From an uncultured Alphaproteobacteria bacterium (GTDB taxonomy: Bacteria; Pseudomonadota; Alphaproteobacteria; Rhizobiales; Xanthobacteraceae): a DNA stretch of 32,000 bases. This document shows, piece by piece, positions 9,475 to 16,011 of this stretch (positions are counted from its first letter, which is position 1; each line of letters starts with the position of its first letter). A program made the position numbers and the translations under genes. The notes beneath the pieces are model-generated. The model ran no database searches and had not been told where the DNA came from. It saw nothing but the letters and a program-made list of their open reading frames with translations. Location: positions 459,719-491,718 of the forward strand of contig CAWDGT010000004.1 in NCBI GenBank assembly GCA_963801875.1, in the 5' to 3' direction.

Positions 9475-9860
9475 GCATTCTGGTTCTTGTGGTAGACGAC
9501 GAGCCTGACGTCGAAGCGCTGTTCCGCCAGCAATTCCGGCGCGACCTGCGTGCGCAGCGCTTCGTCATGAACTTCGCCAGTTCAGCCGCGGATGCTCTAT
9601 CGCGCATCGCAGACCCCATCGAGGAGACCCTGATATTGATCCTCTCGGACATCAATATGCCCGGCATGACCGGGCTTGAGATGCTGCCAAAAGTCAGGGA
9701 AATGCGACCCGACGTTCCCATCATCATGATCACCGCCTACGGCGATCCCGAAACCAGGCGGAAGGCGATAGAAGGCGGCGCGACCGGGCTGCTGACTAAG
9801 CCCATCGACTTCACATTGCTTCGCGAAGAGATCGACGCGCGGCTGAGCCAGGCCGGTTGA
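9471..9860 (+). CDS. single-domain response regulator (CheY-like receiver)
   Basis: The GTG start overlaps the kinase stop (GTGA). VVDDEPD...ILSDINMPGMTGLE...IIMITAYGD...KP. It is a paralogue of 4133..4522. Confidence 0.9.
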   Translation: MSILVLVVDDEPDVEALFRQQFRRDLRAQRFVMNFASSAADALSRIADPIEETLILILSDINMPGMTGLEMLPKVREMRPDVPIIMITAYGDPETRRKAIEGGATGLLTKPIDFTLLREEIDARLSQAG

Positions 9861-9889
9861 CGGGTCTGTGGTTCGGGACTTCCGGTATT

Positions 9890-9983
9890 GGCACCGAACG
9901 GACATGGTTGGTTTGGCAGGTGACGTCCGCTTTCAGGGCAAACCGGAAGTCGCATTTCGGGGCTGTCAGGTCGCCTGTTGACC
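9890..9983 (+). repeat. REP-like composite repeat (A-like 9890-9907, B module 9944-9983)
   Basis: ggcaccgaacggacatgg ... cggaagtcgcatttcggggctgtcaggtcgcctgttgacc. Confidence 0.8.
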
Positions 9984-10163
9984 AAGGCGATCATGGCGCC
10001 TTCTGTCAGCACCGGCGACGGAGGCAGAAACGTCGCGGGCGAATACCTTGTCGCCGAACCGCTTGATTACTTCCATTTTGCCGAGGCGCCTGACTGGGTT
10101 TACGGGTTGGTGTTACAGCCCGATCCCGAAACAAGACCTGCTGCCTCGGTGAGGGAAATAGAC

Positions 10164-10385
10164 GTGGCACATCCATCGAAACGGAAGGGCAGCGGCTTCG
10201 AGCTGGAAGTGGTGAAGGTGCTGCAGGGCTACGCCATCGAAGCGGTGAAAATCCCGCTGTCGGGATCGGTGGCAGGCTTCGCCGGCGACATCGGTGCGGT
10301 GCTGACAAGGCAAGATATTTTGACTAACCTTCAATGCGGGCCATCAAGACGGGGTAGGACAGGGCCCACGAGAGGAGATCGATGA
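10164..10385 (+). pseudogene. possible remnant of an Hjc-like PD-(D/E)XK Holliday-junction resolvase (N-terminal half only)
   Basis: SKRKGSGFELEVVKVLQGYAIEAVKIPLSGSVAGFAGDIGAV fits the archaeal/phage Hjc pattern RKG-x3-E-x-E-hh-x-x-L-x3-G-x-x-hh-R/K-x3-SG-...-D-hh-A. The downstream E-x-K motif is missing, and coding-like composition stops near 10305. An in-frame GTG at 10164 follows GAGGGA. The track ORF starts at 9978, inside the repeat. Confidence 0.3.
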
Positions 10386-10825
10386 GCACAGTAAAAAGCG
10401 CTCTGGCCCAGAAGCGTGGCGCCCTGATCCATGTTCGTTCCGGCGACATGGTCGTCGAAGCCCTGCGCCAGATGCGCGAAAACCGGGTCCGGTCGGTGCT
10501 GGCAATCGACGACGACGTGCTGGTCGGTATCGTGACCCAGGGTGACTGCGCCATCAAAGTGCTGCTGCCCGGGCTCGATGCGAAGCAGACGCCCGTGGGC
10601 CAAGTGATGACGGGCAACCCGGTGACGGTCAAGCCGGACGATCGGCTGGAAGGCTGTATGGCAATGATGGCTGCGCGCGGTTTTCGCCATCTGCCAGTGC
10701 TGGACGCGGGCAAGGTCGTGGGCGTGATCTCGATCGGAGACGTCGTCAAGGACATCATCCGGGATTTGGAGCACAACGTGGGCGACCTGATGGGCTACAT
10801 CATGAGGGACGGCCCCGGGGGCTGA
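10382..10825 (+). CDS. CBS-pair domain protein
   Basis: Two CBS motifs: VRSVLAIDDDVLVGIVTQGD and GFRHLPVLDAGKVVGVISIGDVV. The size (147 aa) is typical. GAGGAG precedes the ATG. Confidence 0.9.
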   Translation: MSTVKSALAQKRGALIHVRSGDMVVEALRQMRENRVRSVLAIDDDVLVGIVTQGDCAIKVLLPGLDAKQTPVGQVMTGNPVTVKPDDRLEGCMAMMAARGFRHLPVLDAGKVVGVISIGDVVKDIIRDLEHNVGDLMGYIMRDGPGG

Positions 10826-11092
10826 CAGACGAACCGCGGTGCCGTCGCCGCGTCCGCGATCCTGCAGCGGCCCTAGTTCTTCTACAATTGAAAACCGCTC
10901 GCCGAGGTGGTCTAGCCGCCGCCACGCGAAGGGTAGTTTTCTCCTCTCGCGCAACAGACTTTGGTTCAGCCCGGCTCCTGCGGCCAGTTTTTTTACGTCA
11001 GCAATGCGTCAGGCGGTCGCCGCGATCGCCCGCTTCACCGTCATCGGATGCCACCGCCTAGTTAAGTGACCTGCTGAGAAATGACCGCTTGT

Positions 11093-11160
11093 GGCACTTT
11101 TCGGACATGCCGGTGCGGCCTGACGACGTCTGCTGTCGAGGGTAGAGCGGACATCGCGCG
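11093..11160 (+). repeat. REP-like repeat fragment (A module plus a gcggacatcgcg unit)
   Basis: ggcacttttcggacatgccggtgcgg...gagcggacatcgcgcg. A further isolated A module lies at 12083..12099 (ggcacttctcggacatg). Confidence 0.6.
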
Positions 11161-11433
11161 CGTCGCAGAGACTGCGGCATCCGTATGCTTCGACTCGCGC
11201 GCCGCCCGGTAGCACGTGCGCTTTCGAAAACAAAGATGGAGACCACCTTGACGCGACTTAGTAGGATTGTCTTGCACGAGAACATCATGGTCGCCGCGAC
11301 GGTCGCGATCGGCGCTTTTGTGTTTCGACCGAGACAATTGATCGGTTACGATCGGCTGCGATCTCAACCGGCGTGACGCGCCGTTCGAGATCCCAACGGA
11401 AATTTGGAAACTCAACTCAGGAGGAACGCCACA

Positions 11434-11838
11434 ATGACCGACAGCCCCTTGCGCGCCAAAGGTCGCGCGATGCGCCGCAATCTCATGGGCGCGGCCTACG
11501 CCGACAAGCTAGATCAGCAGCTCTACACCGATCCGATCATGGAGAAATTTGCGGCGCTGACGCAGGAGACGGTGTTCGGCACGCTGTGGACGAGGCCCGG
11601 GCTCGACCTCAAGACCAGGACGTTGATCTGCGTCGTCTCCGACACCGCAACAGGGCGGACCCCAGAGCTGAAACTGCATATCCGCTTTGCGTGTAACCAC
11701 GGCTGGACCGAGGACGAGCTCGTCGAGGCGATTCTGCACCTGCTCGGCTATGTCGGCGCGCCTCTTGTGCGCGAGGCGCTGCTAGTGGCGAAGGAGACCT
11801 TTGCGGAGATGCGTGCCGAGAATCCGGTCACGTCATAA
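11434..11838 (+). CDS. carboxymuconolactone decarboxylase (CMD, PF02627) family protein
   Basis: FGTLWTRPGLDLKTRTLICVVSDTATGRTPELKLHIRFACNHGWTEDELVEAILHLLGYVGAP is the CMD-fold signature. The ATG at 11434 follows AGGAGG (11418-11423). Confidence 0.85.
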   Translation: MTDSPLRAKGRAMRRNLMGAAYADKLDQQLYTDPIMEKFAALTQETVFGTLWTRPGLDLKTRTLICVVSDTATGRTPELKLHIRFACNHGWTEDELVEAILHLLGYVGAPLVREALLVAKETFAEMRAENPVTS

Positions 11839-12150
11839 CAGCGAGCTTGCAGTCCTGCACCACTTCGGGCGAGAAATGCTCAGCTAGAGTTTATTTGCAG
11901 TTTGACAAAAAGTAGACGACCGATCGCCCTCGCGCGCGCCCGGTTCTGACCCGGAAATGGCCGAGGCTGGAGGACATTGTAGGCATCTGTCGGCGCAAGT
12001 TAGCCGGCAAATGATCAAGATTTGATCGTCGCCTTGCCGTAAGGTGATTGAAAAGCTTGGGCAGTGAAAGTCCGTTACTGGCGGCACTTCTCGGACATGA
12101 ATTAGCCGTAACCACTGACTTGATGATGGCGGACTCGATTGACGAGGCAA

Positions 12151-12176
12151 CCGGGCGACGATCGCTCATCGCCCGG
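12151..12176 (-). terminator. candidate stem-loop just downstream of the 12186..12596 gene
   Basis: ccgggcga-N10-tcgcccgg is an 8-bp GC-rich stem starting 10 nt after the stop. There is no clear U-tract, so this is weak as an intrinsic terminator. Confidence 0.3.
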
Positions 12177-12185
12177 CCCTGACGA

Positions 12186-12596
12186 TCAAGCAGCCTTGCG
12201 AGCCTTGCCGATCGATCCGGACTTGGCAGCCTGACTCCCGGCACGGACTGCCGCGATCAGGGTGTCGATCACTGTCGGGAGTTTGTCCTTGGACGGGACC
12301 ACGATGCCGGCCTTGCCCTTCTCGAACTCGATGGGCTTGGCCCCGAACTTGACGGACATGACGACCTGGCCGGACGGGTCTGTCTTCCACCAGGGCCGGA
12401 CGGCCTGTTGTTTGGTGGTGGCCTGCCTTTCCCCGTTGACCTTGGTCCATCGCTGGATGGTCCGGACGTGGTTGGGGTCTTTCAGGAGCAGCTTCTGCTC
12501 CTCAAGCTTGGTGATGAACTTGGCCCGGCGTTGCTGGACCGGATCGTTCCCGGTCTTGGGAAGGGCGGTGAACGAGAGTGACTTGAGGACTGGCAT
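12186..12596 (-). CDS. hypothetical basic protein, DUF6641-like (family assignment from memory)
   Basis: Clean 136-aa ORF with good codon bias. PVQQRRAKFITKLEEQKLLL...RPWWKTD..G.VVMSVKFGAKPIEFEKGKAGIVV...LPTVIDTLIAAVRAG resembles a small protein family I recall from mobile islands. I cannot verify this without a search. Confidence 0.6.
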   Translation of the reverse strand: MPVLKSLSFTALPKTGNDPVQQRRAKFITKLEEQKLLLKDPNHVRTIQRWTKVNGERQATTKQQAVRPWWKTDPSGQVVMSVKFGAKPIEFEKGKAGIVVPSKDKLPTVIDTLIAAVRAGSQAAKSGSIGKARKAA

Positions 12597-12680
12597 GTAG
12601 GTTCTCCGTTGTTGGATGAAACCTCGCCGATCCTAATCACGTGCATGATACTGTACATAGCCCAGCCCAGGATTGTCGGG

Positions 12681-13592
12681 TTACCGATCCAATTCCTCGA
12701 GCAGGGTTCGGCCATATTCGTCAATTGTGACGTAGTCGTTTAGTAGCTGGCTATGAAATTCTACTTGGGGTAACTCCTCGTAAATTGAGTGCATCATTCC
12801 GGGCACGAATTGGCATAGCGTCAATTGTTTCGTCTTAACCTTCTCGTACTCCTCGGGACTGCTCCGCGAAGGCTCCTCCCATTTGGCCTTCTCTAGCTCC
12901 TCGTATTTCGCGACGTTCGCCTTTGGGACCACGTAGGGCGGAATGTAGAGGGGAATGCGATGCGCAAGTGAGTCCCGGAAGTCGATGAGGTTACCAAACC
13001 ACTTTTGCTTCTCGTCCAAATAATCTCGGAACTCCTTGGTGAGTTTGTTACGAATTTTTTTCTTGCCGAGTCCCACTTTTTTGGGATCGAGATCAGTACC
13101 GTCGCTGTTTTTGATATCTTTCTCCAGCACCCAAATCCAAGCGATATTATCCAGACATCCAAACGCATTCATCGTGAATGCTTGTATCGCTATTGTCGCG
13201 TCGATGACGTCATCACGCTCTGGAATCTCCTCCCTCTCCGGCGGTAAAAGATCGTAGACCAAATCTACTGTCCTTACGAGCGTTCCAAGCCGTCGGCAAA
13301 AGCCATGCTTGGCAAATTCTGCGCCGCGATTGGTTTTGTACGACCGCAAAAAAAATTTCTCCCGAAGATCTGCGTGCTGAGCATGCATCGCGTCCTGACC
13401 TACATGCAACTCCGCAAGGCGATTGTCTGAAAAATACCGCGTCATGCTATTCGGTCCTTCCATCGCTGGCAGAACGATTCGCGCCCCCTCGTTGAAGTAA
13501 GGCAACCGAAGCCATTTGCCTGATTCTACCAAATGAATTGATGATAGAATTACCCTTCTATCATCAGTTGATCCAAGCCATTGGGCTTCCAA
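12681..13592 (-). CDS. hypothetical protein with an R-x4-H (HEPN / Abi_2-like) motif; AT-rich foreign gene
   Basis: The long ORF lies in a visibly AT-rich segment. The motif FRDSLAHRIPLY is R-D-x-x-A-H-R. The start is uncertain: the TTG at 13592 is the track start, and ATGs at 13463 and 13445 are alternatives (the latter preceded by GAAGGA). Confidence 0.7.
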   Translation of the reverse strand: MEAQWLGSTDDRRVILSSIHLVESGKWLRLPYFNEGARIVLPAMEGPNSMTRYFSDNRLAELHVGQDAMHAQHADLREKFFLRSYKTNRGAEFAKHGFCRRLGTLVRTVDLVYDLLPPEREEIPERDDVIDATIAIQAFTMNAFGCLDNIAWIWVLEKDIKNSDGTDLDPKKVGLGKKKIRNKLTKEFRDYLDEKQKWFGNLIDFRDSLAHRIPLYIPPYVVPKANVAKYEELEKAKWEEPSRSSPEEYEKVKTKQLTLCQFVPGMMHSIYEELPQVEFHSQLLNDYVTIDEYGRTLLEELDR

Positions 13593-13682
13593 CTAATATT
13601 TCCCGTCGGCTATGTACGACCACTCCTGACTGATTACAGTCCAGCGTCCTGCAACTCGTAAATAACGGGATTGGAGGGCCAG

Positions 13683-14267
13683 ATGGCTTTAGCAAAGCAA
13701 GCGAAGACGTTGAGCAAGGGGCAGGTCGATGCCGTCTTGGGCTACTTGGCCAAGACCCGCTGGCCATCCAGGAACCGGGTCATCTTCCTGCTTTCGGTCA
13801 AGGCAGGCCTCCGGGCCAAGGAGATAGCAAGCCTGACCTGGAGGATGGTCACCGATGGGAGGGGCCAGATCGGCCAAGCCATCCTCCTGGAGAACAAGGC
13901 GAGCAAGGGTCAGTCCGGCCGGGTCATTCCGATGAACGAAGAACTCAGGACCGCGCTGGCCGAGTACTTCAAAACGGTCTACCCGCCGAACAGCACATTC
14001 TTGATCGAGAGCGAGAGGTCGAGGGGGATGTCAGCCCAAGCCGTCGTCAACCTGTTCTGGCGATGGTACCAGCACGTCGGCTTCGACGGGTGTTCGAGTC
14101 ACTCCGGAAGGCGCACCTTCATCACCAATACCGCCAGGAAGATCTCGACGGTGGGAGGATCGTTGCGGGACGTCCAGATGCTTGCCGGACACACGAACCT
14201 TCGAACCACGCAGCGCTACATCGAGGCCAATCCGGACGCTCAGGTCCGGATCGTCGAGTTAGTCTAG
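13683..14267 (+). CDS. short (194 aa) catalytic-domain-only tyrosine recombinase
   Basis: AGLRAKEI (Arg I), HSGRRTFITN (H-x-x-R) and LAGHTNLRTTQRYIE (His and the Tyr nucleophile) are present. The ATG at 13683 is 4 nt after GGAGGG. The track start is the TTG at 13671. No N-terminal arm-binding or core-binding extension is present. Confidence 0.9.
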   Translation: MALAKQAKTLSKGQVDAVLGYLAKTRWPSRNRVIFLLSVKAGLRAKEIASLTWRMVTDGRGQIGQAILLENKASKGQSGRVIPMNEELRTALAEYFKTVYPPNSTFLIESERSRGMSAQAVVNLFWRWYQHVGFDGCSSHSGRRTFITNTARKISTVGGSLRDVQMLAGHTNLRTTQRYIEANPDAQVRIVELV

Positions 14268-14947
14268 TGCATAGCTCCCCCGCGATGGTCGCAGTCCAAT
14301 GGGACGCTCGACTATTCGTAAGTATCCCAACATCTCAGTATCGACGCGACATGACAGCGTCCCGTAACCTCCTAGGTGTGAGGCACTGCGGAAACCCCGG
14401 TGGCCTGAGACACCGGTCGGAGCATCCGGGTCACCCTGACCTGATGCGTTCCTGGCAATGAACGACCAAAGCGGGCACGGTCGCTAAACCAAGCCCGACG
14501 AGAGACGGGAAAGCTTTAAACCGTCGAAGGGAGGCACGATCGTCGGATCGGTCGTGTCGCCAACTTTGCGCAGATAAGCAGAGGGGAAACGGGGCTCACC
14601 GCACTGCCGGTCCCGACCACCATCCGGTGGTTCCTCTGATCCGATGTTTCCGAAGCCGTTATACGCACGATTTCCGGATCGCTTCGCCTGCAAAGGGCGA
14701 AGTGTATCACTCAACCGTTTCCGCACACGCTGGCAGCCGAGCTGGTAGACTGCCGACCGGAAACCGGTCCGAGTTGGAAAAGCCTGAGGTCGCCCGAAGG
14801 GCGCTCACCCCAACGAAGTGAGGGTGAGTGGGTAAGGATCCTGATCGGTAAACTAGTCGGCTTTGTCCGACCAAATATGAACCCCGATACAAACCGCCGC
14901 TGTCAAGACTACTGGCAGTAGCGCCGGAGCTTTACCAACGCGCGCCG

Positions 14948-15139
14948 TCAGTGCGTTCGCGTCCCTGGCGGGTGAACGACTAGTTTTTCCTCGGCAAAAA
15001 ACTGGAGCGCGCCATATCCTTCCGTGTCAACAGCGTATCTAAGTTTGCCGTCAACTGTTGGGAACACTGCGATGACCGTGCCGCCCTCATGGTCGTTGGC
15101 TGCATTATCGACCTGCTCGCCAACTGCAAACTTCGACAT
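14948..15139 (-). CDS. small hypothetical protein (63 aa, probably an SH3-like beta-barrel)
   Basis: MSKFAVGEQVDNAANDHEGGTVIAVFPTVDGKLRYAVDTEGYGALQFFAEEKL. GAGGG lies 4-5 nt upstream of the ATG. The composition looks coding. Confidence 0.5.
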   Translation of the reverse strand: MSKFAVGEQVDNAANDHEGGTVIAVFPTVDGKLRYAVDTEGYGALQFFAEEKLVVHPPGTRTH

Positions 15140-15915
15140 CGCGCGCCCTCTGGAATTATCGAAACTTTAACGATTATCTTCACCAATTAGTCAACGCTTC
15201 GTTAATGACGGGTCCGGGCCGTGACAGTTCGGAGCATATTTGTGGTGCGATGTTCGATCATGAGATGCCGCTGTGGCATCCTGCACGTGGTAGCCGCATC
15301 CCGGCTCTGCAAGTTCGCGCCCCGGCTTCGACGAAACGAAAGTGGCCGCCAACCGAGCAACCTTACTTGTCTCGTTCACCTAGCGGGTTGCTGGTCGAGC
15401 GGTTGATAAAATGAAGTCTAGTGCAAGCCTGACAGACCACGGGTTTATGAGTTGTGCCCGTTGGATCGTCAGGCGCGTCTTCGAGCAAATGCTGCACGTT
15501 TAACCGGCCATTTCATCGTTAGGACAGCAACGCTGGCTTGATTAGCACCGTCGCCGGTGACACATGATAGATCATCGGGGATACGTTGGCCCCGACACGC
15601 TGGCAACGCATCGACTGCCTCATTCAATGATGGCTGTGCGTCCGGTGGCTAGCAGGCTCAGACTACGTTTCGGGCACCGCTCGGCGCAGCAAACCTCTAG
15701 GCAAACGCAACGCAACGGCATGAGCCGTCGAGGGAGACCTTGGCGGCTTTTGCGTGTGGACATGCAGCCAACGATAATCGGGATGAAGGTGTAGCCTAAC
15801 GCTAACCGGCCGACGTCAGCTATCCCCTCCGATAGCGACCAAATCCCGCAGGACAGCGAACGAAAAGGTGCCGGGACAGCGTCCAACACGATGATGGGAT
15901 CCGATGTTGGTTCCT

Positions 15916-16010
15916 GGGTAAAAGCGGACCTGACGGCCCCGAAATCCAATTTCCGCTTTACCCCCGAAAGCAGACTCATGTCGGACATCTCGCCATGTCC
16001 GAAAAGTGCC
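15916..16010 (-). repeat. REP-like composite repeat, full-length copy in reverse orientation
   Basis: The reverse complement reads ggcacttttcggacatggcgagatgtccgacatgagtctgctttcgggggtaaagcggaaattggatttcggggccgtcaggtccgcttttaccc, collinear with 5731..5826. Confidence 0.9.
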
Positions 16011-16011
16011 A

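Noticed and set aside
10960-10994. T7 run (10988-10994) as an intrinsic terminator about 160 nt after the CBS gene
   Set aside because: The preceding sequence forms at best a 4-bp stem (ggct/ggcc). That is too weak to call.
14380-14425. ggcactgcggaaaccccggtggcctgagacaccgg vaguely resembles a cobalamin-riboswitch B12 box (…GCCAGGAGACCUGCC)
   Set aside because: Only the GAGAC core matches. The conserved CCACUG and GGGAA(R)CCGGUG elements are absent, and no transport or biosynthesis gene lies downstream.
14559-14577. gccaactttgcgcagataa resembles an alphaproteobacterial tmRNA tag-coding stretch (ANDNFA..AQ..AA-stop)
   Set aside because: The reading frame is broken before the TAA. The tag is far too short. 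I found no T-arm (GGTTCGA-type), no acceptor stem with a CCA end, and no permuted two-piece ssrA arrangement nearby.
14267-14900. Possible ORF-less group II intron (the segment starts with gtgca right at the recombinase stop and has many GNRA-like hairpins)
   Set aside because: I could find no convincing domain V (a 34-nt hairpin with an AGC triad and a 2-nt bulge). There is no domain VI bulged A and no recognisable 5' GUGYG consensus. The evidence is insufficient from sequence inspection alone.
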